IMG/VR virus record: IMGVR_UViG_3300038418_000044
Location: 1 to 53,077 of that record
Direction: 5' to 3' (one strand)
From: a virus
Taxonomy: Duplodnaviria; Caudoviricetes
Length of the DNA: 53,077 nt
Part shown: in pieces, positions 26,084-36,770 of the stretch
How positions within the stretch are numbered: position 1 is the first letter of the stretch
Layout: each line of letters opens with the position of its first letter
Notes under the pieces: generated by a model
What the model was told of the DNA's origin: nothing
The model's database searches: none
The model's input: the letters and a program-made list of their open reading frames with translations, nothing else
Program-made: the position numbers and the translations under genes

Positions 26084-29000
26084 CTACACAACTGGCGTAA
26101 CACTGATTTGCGTGCAATCTGCACCTTCTCCGGCGCTATTGACTCCGCTGACCACGTAGAAGTAGGTCACCCCATTCGTGAGGCCAGTGTCCGTGTAAAA
26201 TGGGTTGGTTGCCGACCCCACCGTGGTGTATGGGCCGCCAGAGGCTGTAGCGCGCTTGACGTTGTAGCTCGCAGCTCTCAGACTCTCTGACCAGTACAGG
26301 AATGCCCGCGTATTGCCCGGCATTCCCTGTAAGCCGCTGGGGGCTGATGGCACGGTGAGAACCACTGGCACAAGAGGCCCGGAAGCATCGGTAGCGATGA
26401 CGTTGCCCGGTGTTCCGTCAGAGTAGTAGCCCGGCCAAAAGCTGATGAACATGTACTGTGCCTTCTCCGCTGCGGTGGCAGAGCCCCAGTCGGGGATGGC
26501 ATCGGTCAGCGCGGCCATGTCATAAACATTGGACAACTGCATGAACCGCGTGTCCCAGACTTTGAGGTCTACAGTTCCAGTAGCGTAGTCCGGCGTCTTG
26601 TCTATGATCTCACAGAGCACGTTGGTGATCCCCAACTTGCCTGTCGAACTCTCATAGTCCATCATCAGGGGGTGAGATAGCAGGATGAAGTCCCCAATTT
26701 CAAGACGTATCTGTGATAGGAACAGCTTCAACTGATACTCCGGTGTCCCAAATCCATGGCGGCGGAAGATGCGGTCAGAAGTCAAGTAGCCTATTCCATA
26801 AGAGTCCCAAGCCTCCCGCAGCCCGTTGGATTCTGCTGACTGGCTGAACTGCTGGAGGTAGGTAGCAATCGACCTCTGTTGCGCGAAAGTTAACTCAGCA
26901 TCGTACACACGCGCTGCGGAATACGCACCCTGGTCATCCACATCGCCACGAATGGTCACCACGTTGACAACTGCCAAGCGGCCCTGATCGGGAGTTCCGA
27001 GAATGCTGTGTTCGTCAATCGGCGTGGGATCGGCGGGCGGCGGAACTCCCATGCTCTTCAGGTCTATAGTTCCATCATTGTGAACGAACATGTAGAGGCC
27101 CAAAGGCTTCAGAATCTCGTCCTGAATCCACTGTTTGGCCGTAACGGGCCGCTTGATGACCCATTCACACTTTCTCCCTGCTACTTGATAGTCCCGGATG
27201 GCAAGAATGTTGTCAAGATTGATGAATGGGTTGGGGTTGATGAGCGTCGAGTCATCCCCGGGAACATACTGCTGCCATGCCGGGTTGGGGGCAAAGACGA
27301 GAGCATTGCTGGGATTGTTGGGATCAGTCGTCACGATGGGAGGCAGGAGAGGGTCTTGGCCTATCCCTAACTCATTCTGGAAAGCCACAAGCAGCACATC
27401 AATGGGGTTGCCATAGATGTACCGAGGATTAGAGTCCAGTGTGGGATACTGGTTGGATGTAAAAGAGTAAGAAGCTGGTGGCTGGGGCGTCTTCTTCTCG
27501 CCTTCGCTCTCATAGAGCACATATAGATAAAATGCTTGACTACCACCAAAGGCTCCCTTAGATGGCATAGCAACGAGTTCCCAAGTTACCGTCCCATCAG
27601 CCACAGTCTGCCCCAGCTCATTGATAGCAACAAGTGTCCAGGTGATAGGGCCGTCAGAGTGGCCACCTGCGCTGTCAACCGTGGTACCGCCCAAGGTAGT
27701 GCTCCAAGTGGGCGCGCTTGTGCCACTCTCCCCGTCCGTCCTTCCACCAGGGACGGTCGTGACTTGCTGGAGATTGCTATTACCATCCAACGCCCAAGAG
27801 CCTATAGTGTAGTAAGTGTTCTCCACCCAGCCAGGCTCATAAGTGCCCGGCCATATCGGGGCGAGCCTAGCATCCGTGATTCCAGCGACGATGCACTGCT
27901 GGATGTTGCCATTGGAGTCCTGCGCGTATTGCCCCACAGTATAGGCTTGGTCGTATAGCCATGGCAACGCTACTGGCTGGGGGCCTCCACAGAACCACAG
28001 CGCGCGGTCAAGGAGCGCTAAGCTGTCCCGGCAACCGAACTTCATCCATCCGTCCGCGCTCCTTCCTACATCCGAAATCTGCACTGCATGCATAGGAACA
28101 AAATCGGAGAGATTCATTCCCTCAAAGCCCATCTTGAGAATTGCGGTCTTGCCTACGACTTCCGGTTTCGTGGCTAGGTATTTCAGCTCCTCACTGGGGT
28201 CAATGGCTTCCACATCCAGGCCTGCGATGGAGGATTCACCATCCAGTTCATTAACGCTCTGCCCCTGGCCGGTGGGAATTTTTAGATAGGGAAGCAGCCG
28301 GATGGGCAGAGTGGGAATTGGGGGCGGCAGTACCCAAACCGAGCAGGTAGCTTGGCCCCCAGAACCTGTCACGGAAAGGTCATAGCGGGTAACTTCTGCT
28401 GGATGGACGAAGAGCGAGCCATTCACGGCCACAGCTATAGGAGCGCCACCAAAAGGAATAAGGTAAGCAGAGTTTGCATTTTCAGAAGTCCAAGTCAGGA
28501 GTGCTGCTCCCATAACTGGGTAACTTATGCTGAGATCGCAGGTCGGTGCGGGGCCTGGGAATTCTGGCTGGAATGGCATCTCTAATGCTACCCATGCGCC
28601 AGCGAAATCTACTACCATGAAACCACAGGATTCCGATTTGGCTGATACCCATTGAATCCCTTCTCCAATACAACAGGGGTCTAAGGGATCACAGGGTTCA
28701 ATGTCAGCCGTACTCCCCAATGAAAGCCAGAAATCATATCCGGCAGGATGGGCCAAGAAGGGTACAAGTTCAACAGCGGGCAAGCGCCCGCTGGAATTAA
28801 CACTGCCCGGCCCCAACGTTTTACCGGCCCATCGCACGTTGGTATCCAATCCCATGGCGGGGCAGTATTTTGCGGCGTGGTGCAAGACACCAGACCAGTT
28901 CAGCGTTGCCGCTAGGATTCCCGCAGCCTGCCATACGACCGTGCTCCCGCCGCCTTCGGGGATCAAACTCCCGTTTACTGCTGATGAACCGAAGACGGTA

Positions 29001-30010
29001 GGCTGAGAAAGCCCCGATGTGCCCGGCTGAATACAGATTGCAATCCCTATTCCATTAGAGTTTCCAAGCAGATCGTTAACCGGATCGCCGAGATTATAGT
29101 AGTGTCCGGGCTCCCAAGTTGGAGATGGTCGGCAATTATTTGGAATTACAGCATCGCTGAAGGCAAAGCCCACAAGAGCATCGCCTCCGATAGCGCCACC
29201 CTTTAGGGGGCCGCACGCCCCCTCACCCAACACCGCTCCGTATGCCGCTCCGAGATTCTGCCATTTCAGACCTGTAGATTCTGTCGTAACGTCGTCTACG
29301 CCACGCCAAAGGGGAGGAGTTGGCCCAGACACCCCACTATTCTGCGAGAATTCCAAGTCCGTATTTGAATCGTTGACTGGCCATCCCTCACTATAATATG
29401 TGTTCGGCTGCCAAGGTTCTACGCGAACCTCTTGGGGCAAGGTGGGCATAGCAAGGCTGTAACCGTCGTCGGCCAGTGCGGAGTTTACCGGCGCGAAGGA
29501 GAAGACAACGAAACGCCAGAAGCCATAGAAGACATAGAATATGGCGCTGCATGTCGCAGTACCTCCGGGGCCGGTTACGGTCAGTGTAAACTTGCCCTGA
29601 CACCAAGAACTTCTCCAGTCGCCGCCATTGTATCCAAGGATGGCAGTTGTAACTACCGCATTCACGGAGCCATTGATTGGCACGGAGCCTACGCCACCAT
29701 CTATACTGGCTGATGTAGCGTCGGTGGAAGTCCAAGTCAAGAGGATTTCTGAGCCCAGCACCGCAGAGTTCAGCGGTCCCCAGTTCACAAAGGTCGCGCT
29801 GCCGCTCGCTGTATGGCCTCCAAGGATAGTATTCCAGGTCGGTTCTACCGCACCAGTTCGACCGCCGCCTTCAGCTACCTGCATGTTACCATTGGGGTCT
29901 AAGCAGGTGTCAACCGTCAAGTCCATGCTGTAGTCGGAATTTGGGAACCAATGGTTAAGTCCGCCAGTTCCGAAACCGCTGGCCGAGAATGAGCAGGTTG
30001 GTGCGGGCAA
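26084..30010 (-). CDS. large tail tip/hub protein with PKD/Ig-like domains, CBM5/12-like repeats and C-terminal fibronectin III domain
   Basis: LTWTS..A.SA...TLTVTG.GG.ATC (twice); W....Y..G....D...G..P.W repeats; APSGL...SYNVKRA..SGGPY....YTDTGLTNGVTYFYVVS. Confidence 0.75.
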   Translation of the reverse strand: MPAPTCSFSASGFGTGGLNHWFPNSDYSMDLTVDTCLDPNGNMQVAEGGGRTGAVEPTWNTILGGHTASGSATFVNWGPLNSAVLGSEILLTWTSTDATSASIDGGVGSVPINGSVNAVVTTAILGYNGGDWRSSWCQGKFTLTVTGPGGTATCSAIFYVFYGFWRFVVFSFAPVNSALADDGYSLAMPTLPQEVRVEPWQPNTYYSEGWPVNDSNTDLEFSQNSGVSGPTPPLWRGVDDVTTESTGLKWQNLGAAYGAVLGEGACGPLKGGAIGGDALVGFAFSDAVIPNNCRPSPTWEPGHYYNLGDPVNDLLGNSNGIGIAICIQPGTSGLSQPTVFGSSAVNGSLIPEGGGSTVVWQAAGILAATLNWSGVLHHAAKYCPAMGLDTNVRWAGKTLGPGSVNSSGRLPAVELVPFLAHPAGYDFWLSLGSTADIEPCDPLDPCCIGEGIQWVSAKSESCGFMVVDFAGAWVALEMPFQPEFPGPAPTCDLSISYPVMGAALLTWTSENANSAYLIPFGGAPIAVAVNGSLFVHPAEVTRYDLSVTGSGGQATCSVWVLPPPIPTLPIRLLPYLKIPTGQGQSVNELDGESSIAGLDVEAIDPSEELKYLATKPEVVGKTAILKMGFEGMNLSDFVPMHAVQISDVGRSADGWMKFGCRDSLALLDRALWFCGGPQPVALPWLYDQAYTVGQYAQDSNGNIQQCIVAGITDARLAPIWPGTYEPGWVENTYYTIGSWALDGNSNLQQVTTVPGGRTDGESGTSAPTWSTTLGGTTVDSAGGHSDGPITWTLVAINELGQTVADGTVTWELVAMPSKGAFGGSQAFYLYVLYESEGEKKTPQPPASYSFTSNQYPTLDSNPRYIYGNPIDVLLVAFQNELGIGQDPLLPPIVTTDPNNPSNALVFAPNPAWQQYVPGDDSTLINPNPFINLDNILAIRDYQVAGRKCEWVIKRPVTAKQWIQDEILKPLGLYMFVHNDGTIDLKSMGVPPPADPTPIDEHSILGTPDQGRLAVVNVVTIRGDVDDQGAYSAARVYDAELTFAQQRSIATYLQQFSQSAESNGLREAWDSYGIGYLTSDRIFRRHGFGTPEYQLKLFLSQIRLEIGDFILLSHPLMMDYESSTGKLGITNVLCEIIDKTPDYATGTVDLKVWDTRFMQLSNVYDMAALTDAIPDWGSATAAEKAQYMFISFWPGYYSDGTPGNVIATDASGPLVPVVLTVPSAPSGLQGMPGNTRAFLYWSESLRAASYNVKRATASGGPYTTVGSATNPFYTDTGLTNGVTYFYVVSGVNSAGEGADCTQISVTPVV

Positions 30011-30199
30011 TTATTTACTCCTATATGGAAACATCTCGTTAAGCTTGGCCTGCCGCTTTTTGCAGCCGCCGCAGGGCTGGACTCCCATGATGCGCGTGAA
30101 CTTAGCAACGGTGTCCCCAAGCCCCTTGCTGGGAGTGGACACATAGCCAAGCCGCGCCTTGAACTTTTCGTGGAGCTGTACGATGCTAAGCAAAAGCAA
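30011..30199 (-). CDS. small Cys-motif protein
   Basis: GLGDTVAKFT..MG..PCGGCKKRQAKLNE.FPY. Confidence 0.65.
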   Translation of the reverse strand: MLLLSIVQLHEKFKARLGYVSTPSKGLGDTVAKFTRIMGVQPCGGCKKRQAKLNEMFPYRSK

Positions 30200-30938
30200 C
30201 CTCTAGGAGCGCGGTCACGCTGAAAGTTATCCCAGCAGGTTCCGAACCGCTGCTAGAGCCAACCTGCGCGACTCGCACTTCTATCCTGTTCAGGTCGGGG
30301 AAGGCTGACCCTACATCAGGATTGCCCGGCCACAGCGGCACGGTGGTCACGAGATTGATCCATCCAGCCGTATTGTCATACAGAGCCTGATACCACCCAG
30401 TAGGCACCGCAGCACCCAAGTATGGAGTCGAGCCCAAGACCGAATAGTCTATTTCTCCATAGGGCACATACCCACCCGTGCCCATAGTACTTACGAGATG
30501 GAGAGTCAGGCTGATCGCATCACTCAAGTCCGGTGAACCCGGGGGTAGATGGACTCCCCACCAGCCTAGATACGCGGTGCAACTGTTAATCCCACCGCCA
30601 TAGGAGAACCTCGTGACGCTTGCATTGGGGGGCTGCGTGAAGGTCGTGCCATCATCCCCTGCTTGTATGAATCCCTGCGTAGGAACCAAGTTAGCAGTCT
30701 TGAGCCCAGCATTGAAAGCCGCAGCTTTAGCCCACAGTGGTTGAAGCAGAAGCGTACTAAAGTCCAAGGTCACACCTGCCTCTACTGGATCGAAGGACGT
30801 GATGATGAGGCCCTCATCTGGTATCTCAAAAGTATAGAGCGGACGGGAGCGGGCGGTCATAGCCGCTACCTGCCGATTCCAAGTTGGATTGCCTGCTATC
30901 AAATCACCCCTCCCCCGCTGCTCCCAGCCTCTCTCCAC
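30186..30938 (-). CDS. tail protein
   Basis: Position after the Dit-like gene; probable start TTG at ~30902 (MIAGNPTW). Confidence 0.6.
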   Translation of the reverse strand: MERGWEQRGRGDLIAGNPTWNRQVAAMTARSRPLYTFEIPDEGLIITSFDPVEAGVTLDFSTLLLQPLWAKAAAFNAGLKTANLVPTQGFIQAGDDGTTFTQPPNASVTRFSYGGGINSCTAYLGWWGVHLPPGSPDLSDAISLTLHLVSTMGTGGYVPYGEIDYSVLGSTPYLGAAVPTGWYQALYDNTAGWINLVTTVPLWPGNPDVGSAFPDLNRIEVRVAQVGSSSGSEPAGITFSVTALLEVAFA

Positions 30939-31636
30939 TTCATCTTGAAGTTGTAGAGCCCCACAGACCTATAGGCAGCAGTCCATTGTGCATCCCATAG
31001 TGTGTAATCTGTGAAGGGATTGGCAGTGCTATCAGGATAGAAGGAGAAGATGCCGCCGCGCTCAGCGAAGATTACGAATGTGTTCCAATTGTCCACATCC
31101 GCGCCAATCTGGACTGCTTCGACGGTGATATCGGTGTAGTGGTCTGTATGCTCATAGATTGTCTCAAGCAGTCCACTCGCTGCCACGTTGCTATGTCGGA
31201 TGGCGGCTCTGTCATAAGCTGGCACCTTAGTGGGAAAGGTGAAGCGGCCAAAGGTTAGAGTCGTCGTGCTCCATGCTACAGGCGGGGTAGCGCTTCCAGT
31301 TACCAGCCCAGTAGCTGGCTCCGTCCATGCTTGCCCAGCAAGCACGGGGCTGGTATTTTGCAATACTTCTGCGGATGATGTGCTCGCGCCATAAACGTTG
31401 TATCCATAAATGGGAAACGGGTAGGGATAGTCTGGGGGAGCTACCTGCACGACATTGCTAGCGTCTACCACGATGCTTCTTTCGTCCCCAGCCAGCGTCT
31501 CCCCATCTGGCGTCACGTAGGTCAGTACATAATACTCCGTGCGTCCTGCTAGCGCACCAGCCACTATCTCAGATAACGCTGGCGCATCTGGCACCATGGG
31601 AACTGCGGGATAGACGATCTTTGCTACTAGACTCAT
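30899..31636 (-). CDS. distal tail (Dit)-like protein with inserted beta domain
   Basis: Directly downstream of the tape measure; C-terminal FSFYPD...YTL...YNFKMKWRE. Confidence 0.55.
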   Translation of the reverse strand: MSLVAKIVYPAVPMVPDAPALSEIVAGALAGRTEYYVLTYVTPDGETLAGDERSIVVDASNVVQVAPPDYPYPFPIYGYNVYGASTSSAEVLQNTSPVLAGQAWTEPATGLVTGSATPPVAWSTTTLTFGRFTFPTKVPAYDRAAIRHSNVAASGLLETIYEHTDHYTDITVEAVQIGADVDNWNTFVIFAERGGIFSFYPDSTANPFTDYTLWDAQWTAAYRSVGLYNFKMKWREAGSSGGGVI

Positions 31637-31643
31637 TTAGCTC

Positions 31644-34600
31644 CTACCTCCCAGCTCTGGGTGGTGTGATAGCGCGGGAAGCTACCAGTTGCCCACCTTG
31701 CCGCTGCGTGTAGTTGTTGAGAAGGCCCGCGACATACTTTGCGCCTGCTGACTCACCCATCACCATAACGTGGATGTTGCCAGAGGGTGTCGCCGGGCCA
31801 CCGCCGATGGAAGTAAGCAATGGGGTCATTGGAATCTGGCTGCCCGTGGCTCCGGGGGCTAGAGGCCCAGTTGAGCCGCCAGCTACTCCGCCTGATGCGC
31901 CCGCACCGCCACCGCCTCTGCTACCTCCACCACCCACACCTCCAGCTACTAGACCCATCTCCACCGCAGCAGCCGTGTATTTAACTGCTGCGGCTAGATA
32001 GGCACCATCTAAGTAATGGTTCTCGGCATATTTCGCATAATTCTCAATCGCTTTGGCGGTATCGTAAACAGCGTCCACTGCTGCCATTGCACGCTTGCCA
32101 GCGATAAGCCCAACTATACCTGCAGTAGTCGCCTCAATGGTGTCTATCTCGGCTTCCTTCACCATTTTATGGGCTTTGGCCTCACGGTCAGCGTTCTCCG
32201 TGAGCACCTTATTGAGGTGCTCTAAGGCCGCTGCATGTGCATAAGTGCCTCGGGTTGCCGCCTCTTGGTCGCGGGCTAACTGCTCCAGCCCTCGGTCAGA
32301 GGCCATGATTGCCTTTTCTTGGTTGTGGAGAGCCGAAACTGTGTCTATCAGTTTAGCAATATAACCAGCAGCTCGGGCCTGTTGGCGGGCGAAAGCGGTC
32401 TGCTCCCTAGCTTCCAATTCACGGAGCCGTTCCCACTCCTTATTGGCGCGCTCTTGGGCCTTCGCCTCTACTAGGTTATCTACGGCCAGTATCCTCTGAC
32501 CACTATTCCATGCAACCGTTGCTTGGTTCTGCATGGCCTGCCCAGTTAAGTTAATAGCTGTAGTCTGGCGGCGCTCTGCATCTTCTATAGCCAGTGTCAA
32601 ATTAGCGATACTTGCTTGCAGCGCGGTGATCTTAGCTGGGTCTGTCTCGACACTTAATTGAGTCTGTGCAGCACCACGCGCTGACTCTAACCGCTGTCTC
32701 TCGGCAGTAGCAACTATGAGATTAGAGTTTGCCGCTGTTTCCGCCCAAGAAGCATAGGCTGCTTCTTCAGCCCCCTTGGCTTCCACTGTTCTAAGCTGGC
32801 TATCCCTCTGTGTACGCACGAGGTCTACTTCTGCCGCTATCATCTTGTCTACGTTGCCCTTCTCAGCAGCAGCGGTATAGGCGGCTATGTCAGCGGCTTC
32901 TCTAGCTTTCTCCTCCGTCGCTTTCATCTCTGCGGTGGAAGCCTTCACTATCTCATCGGACTTCTCTACCACAACCCGCGCCAGCTTCTCACGGGCATCT
33001 GCCTGCTTAGCAAGCTCATTCTGCAGCTTGATGGTTAGCTTCTCACTCTCTTCTTCCTCCTTGGCGCGTATTTCCTTTAAGCGAGCAGCCCGATTAGCTT
33101 CATTCTGAACAGCCGCATCGGCCAGCTTCTTGAATAGCTCAGGAGTCAGCTTCCCAAGATCACTGAGCTTGTATATCTCCCGGTTGATGGCATCGCGTAC
33201 CGCATCATGCGCCCGAATTGCGTTGCGCATCGGGCCAGCTTCTGCTGCTGCTATGGCGTCAGCCTCTTCCTTGACTTTATCCGTCAACCGCTGTACGGCT
33301 TCTGCAGCTGAATCAGCAGCAGGCGCGATTCTAGCCAGTTCATTCAGATAGTGCTGCTTCGCCAGAGCCTGAGCCTCAGTTACTTCCTTGTCTACCACTG
33401 CAGCATCAATGTTCTTCTTTAACTCCGCATCACGGAATTTGCTGATCTCACGCAGCGTGGCATTGTACTGGTTTAGGGCAGCGCGCTTCTTGTTGTTGCC
33501 TTCCTCGTCTGCGGTCACTTCGTCGCGCAGTTTGGCAATGAGCCCCTCTAAGCTTGCGGCAGCATCCTTGTTGTCCCCCATGAACCGCAGAAATCTAGCA
33601 TGTGTAGCGTCCAGACCCTTAACTACCATGTTGAGGGCATCAGTTAGAGAGATATGCTGCTCCGTAGCTATTTTTTCAGCCTTTTCAATAGTTGCTTGGG
33701 TTGCGGCGTAGTTGAGGGTAGCAGCACCAGCCTTATTCAGTAGATCAGTCTGGTGCTGAATCTCAGCGTTGGTGCGAATGAGTCTGTCATACAAGTCGCC
33801 CAAGCCTGCCGTGAAATCCCGGAGGTACTTCAAGGGACCTGTTAAATTCCATAGGGAGAAGAGCCGCAGAGATTCTGCCAGTGCTGGATTCAGCTTGGCT
33901 AGCGCCTCTTCTGTACTGTTGTACGCATTAGCAAGAGCCTGGACGGCGGCCATAGCAATATTTATCCCAGGCAGGTTGCTCATTAAGTCTGCTAAGTCAC
34001 GAACATGTTTCTCAACATTCGTTATTGCTTCGCCAAGCAGTTGTAGGTTAAAACTCCAGTCCTGAAATGTCTTGATGGCACCGACGCCAGCATCTACCAG
34101 CCAGCCCTTGATGGACAGCTTGAAATCTTGCCATGCAACATCAAGTTTGTGGAGTTGCACAAGCTGTGCATCAGTTAGGAGGAGGTGCTCTTTCTGTGCT
34201 TTGTTAATGCCATTCTCATAGCCATTCTCAGCCACATCTTTCAGAATGGTGGATATCTCTGTCCAGCCACGGCCAAACACAGCCTGCGAGGCAACATCAC
34301 GGTCGCCTGCATTACTCAGATCGCGGATATGCTGCGCCAGCCATTGCACCTGCTGATCTGCGGACATTAGCCCCAACTGAGCCAAGTCCTGTGCATCTTT
34401 ACTGAGGCCTCTTAGAACTTTACCAGCTTCAGAGGCTGGCCGGACTAGACCCTCGTCCACATTTCTGCCAGCACGGGCGAACATCTTGGCCAGAGAATCG
34501 AGTTCCTCGCCATTTTCCCTAGCTATAACATTTAGGCCAGATAGAGTTCGCGCAGAGAGGCCAGTTGCCTCATGTACTTTGTACAGTTCCTGTCCAAACT

Positions 34601-36764
34601 GGATAGCTTTCGATGCGGCATAGGCCTCATAGCCAGCATAGGCTAGGGTCGCAACAGCCAGTCCACCCACGGCAGATGCCAGACCAATGCCAGCAGTCTT
34701 TGTCGCGTTGATGGCTACAGTGGCAGCCTTGGAGGCGTCAGCTACCTTAACCTGTGCAGCAGCCAATGCCGTACTGCTTTCAGCCGCAGTTATGTCTACG
34801 GCATTAAGAGCAGCAACGGCTTCCTTGAGGGCTACTATCGCGGCCTGCGCCGTAGCAGCTTTTTTGGCAACGGTTGCCGTAGCTGCGGCGGTGCTCCCCA
34901 ACCCCGCATTAGCGCCAAAGAGTATGACCACCATGCGGCCCAGACCATTCAGCCAGTTTAAGGTTACAGCAGCAGCGCGGGATATTCCGTTGGAAAGAGT
35001 ACGCAGGGCTGACGTGGTACGGTTGACCAGCCCCAGATGGATAGCTTGCGCTGCGCTCAATTCCTTGACAGCGCCTGAGGCCAGAAGCTGTGTGCGGATG
35101 ACTTCTGTGTAAGCTAGGGCCGCCGCCTTCTGGCTAGCCAAGATTATGCGTAGACTCTCGGCAGCGGCGGCTCGGTCAAGGGCCAATTTGCGCTCATCCT
35201 CATCTGCCCTGATGACTACCCGCACGTCAGCAGCAGCACGCTCTAGCTGAGTCTGGGCGTTCTGCACTTCCTCGATGATAGCGGTGCGGCCCTTCTCTAT
35301 ATTCTCTTCAGTGAGGGCAGCCCCCTTGCGTGCAATAAGGATGGAGGTTATTGCCTTTATGCGTATCTCTACCTCAGCTATAGCGTTCTTGGCTACAGCA
35401 GCAAGCCTAGCTTGGTCAGCAGATATTGCAGCCTCATTGACAGCGATCTGCCTCTCAGCGCCCGCTTCTAGCACTTTCATCCGAGCTGCTGCGCCAGCCA
35501 CTTCCTGTTCGGTAGTCTGGGTGATGCGCTCCTTGTAGGAGTTCAGCATGCCCGCATTGATCTCTTCGGCGGTGAAACTCTCGCGGATAAGAGCTTGGCG
35601 AACCTCCTCTATGGCTAAGCCTTCGCTCCTCAGGATTGCTATTTGAGCCTCTATGCTGGGAACAAACTGACCAGTAGCAGCAACAGCGGCTTCGCCCACA
35701 GCCCTTACAGAGGCGGCTTCGGCACCATAGACTTCTGTGAGCGCTGCTGCCACCGACTTTGCGGAGATTCCAGAAGCGGTGAGCTTGGCTGCAACTTCTT
35801 CAGCGGTAGCGCCCTGCAACTTGAGAGCTACTATATTGCCAAGTACTGCGCGAGTGAAGTCTTCATCTGATAGAGCAGCGTTCTCAAAAGCAGCAACGAT
35901 TCGGCCATAGATGGAGGCCTCCGAGGCTACTTCGGCTCCAGCCACTTCGGTTCGTTTGGCTGCTCCCGCTACGACGGATTCTGTAGCAGACGCTTGGCCA
36001 GCCCGCACGTCTGCTGCTTGTTTGACCTGCCCTTCCTTTACAACTGTATCCTGTGCAACCTGGCCAGCCTGCTGCTCAGCAGTTTGGGCTGCCAGTGACT
36101 CCCGTAGCGTCGCCGCTTGAGCAGCTTGGAAAGCTCTGAACTCTTCTAGCTTCTTAGCTTGGAAGGCACGTAGCGACTCCGCCTGCTCCGCCTGCGCGAC
36201 ACGTACCGCCTCTACCTGCTGTAGCTGGGCCGCACGCACCTCTGCCAGTTGAGCGGCCTGCGCGGATGCTTGTTCAGCAGTCTGTGCTGCGCTACCCGCT
36301 TGGACAACACCAGCCTGTTCGACTTGGAAAGCTTCTAGATCAGCCAGTTGCTTGGCATGGAAGGTGCGGAGTTGTTCTTGTTGGAGGGCTATTGCGGATT
36401 GGATGGTTGCTACTTGCTTGGCCTGTGCAGATTCTACCACTGCTACCAGAGAGGCACCAGCGGCTTCCTGCGTAGCAACAGCCTTTACAGCGTCTGTCTC
36501 AATAGCAGTAGAGATAGGAGTGCCAGCAAAGGCTATCTTAATAGCGGCAGCAGTCTGCTCCGCACTCATGCCAACTGAGCGCAGGGCTGTGGCGACTGCT
36601 TCGGAGTTGGTGCCTATGCTCGCAGCAGCAGTAGCGTAGCTGGTAGCTATAGCCTGCTGCTGAGTTTCTATCTCCGCAGCAATAGCTTGGAGCTTGGCGT
36701 TTACCTGCTCGTCGCCAGTAGCACTGAGTAAGAATTGTACTCCAACTTCTGGACCTGCACCCAT
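31644..36764 (-). CDS. tape measure protein
   Basis: 1706 aa, Ala-rich and helical; ATGLSARTLSGL and VFGRGW segments; follows the chaperone genes. Confidence 0.9.
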   Translation of the reverse strand: MGAGPEVGVQFLLSATGDEQVNAKLQAIAAEIETQQQAIATSYATAAASIGTNSEAVATALRSVGMSAEQTAAAIKIAFAGTPISTAIETDAVKAVATQEAAGASLVAVVESAQAKQVATIQSAIALQQEQLRTFHAKQLADLEAFQVEQAGVVQAGSAAQTAEQASAQAAQLAEVRAAQLQQVEAVRVAQAEQAESLRAFQAKKLEEFRAFQAAQAATLRESLAAQTAEQQAGQVAQDTVVKEGQVKQAADVRAGQASATESVVAGAAKRTEVAGAEVASEASIYGRIVAAFENAALSDEDFTRAVLGNIVALKLQGATAEEVAAKLTASGISAKSVAAALTEVYGAEAASVRAVGEAAVAATGQFVPSIEAQIAILRSEGLAIEEVRQALIRESFTAEEINAGMLNSYKERITQTTEQEVAGAAARMKVLEAGAERQIAVNEAAISADQARLAAVAKNAIAEVEIRIKAITSILIARKGAALTEENIEKGRTAIIEEVQNAQTQLERAAADVRVVIRADEDERKLALDRAAAAESLRIILASQKAAALAYTEVIRTQLLASGAVKELSAAQAIHLGLVNRTTSALRTLSNGISRAAAVTLNWLNGLGRMVVILFGANAGLGSTAAATATVAKKAATAQAAIVALKEAVAALNAVDITAAESSTALAAAQVKVADASKAATVAINATKTAGIGLASAVGGLAVATLAYAGYEAYAASKAIQFGQELYKVHEATGLSARTLSGLNVIARENGEELDSLAKMFARAGRNVDEGLVRPASEAGKVLRGLSKDAQDLAQLGLMSADQQVQWLAQHIRDLSNAGDRDVASQAVFGRGWTEISTILKDVAENGYENGINKAQKEHLLLTDAQLVQLHKLDVAWQDFKLSIKGWLVDAGVGAIKTFQDWSFNLQLLGEAITNVEKHVRDLADLMSNLPGINIAMAAVQALANAYNSTEEALAKLNPALAESLRLFSLWNLTGPLKYLRDFTAGLGDLYDRLIRTNAEIQHQTDLLNKAGAATLNYAATQATIEKAEKIATEQHISLTDALNMVVKGLDATHARFLRFMGDNKDAAASLEGLIAKLRDEVTADEEGNNKKRAALNQYNATLREISKFRDAELKKNIDAAVVDKEVTEAQALAKQHYLNELARIAPAADSAAEAVQRLTDKVKEEADAIAAAEAGPMRNAIRAHDAVRDAINREIYKLSDLGKLTPELFKKLADAAVQNEANRAARLKEIRAKEEEESEKLTIKLQNELAKQADAREKLARVVVEKSDEIVKASTAEMKATEEKAREAADIAAYTAAAEKGNVDKMIAAEVDLVRTQRDSQLRTVEAKGAEEAAYASWAETAANSNLIVATAERQRLESARGAAQTQLSVETDPAKITALQASIANLTLAIEDAERRQTTAINLTGQAMQNQATVAWNSGQRILAVDNLVEAKAQERANKEWERLRELEAREQTAFARQQARAAGYIAKLIDTVSALHNQEKAIMASDRGLEQLARDQEAATRGTYAHAAALEHLNKVLTENADREAKAHKMVKEAEIDTIEATTAGIVGLIAGKRAMAAVDAVYDTAKAIENYAKYAENHYLDGAYLAAAVKYTAAAVEMGLVAGGVGGGGSRGGGGAGASGGVAGGSTGPLAPGATGSQIPMTPLLTSIGGGPATPSGNIHVMVMGESAGAKYVAGLLNNYTQRQGGQLVASRAITPPRAGR

Positions 36765-36770
36765 ATTATC

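Noticed and set aside
31700-36700. Many plus-strand ORFs over the tape measure (also over the capsid, protease and repeat genes)
   Set aside because: Antisense artefacts of Ala/Ser-rich coding sequence; no SD or motifs
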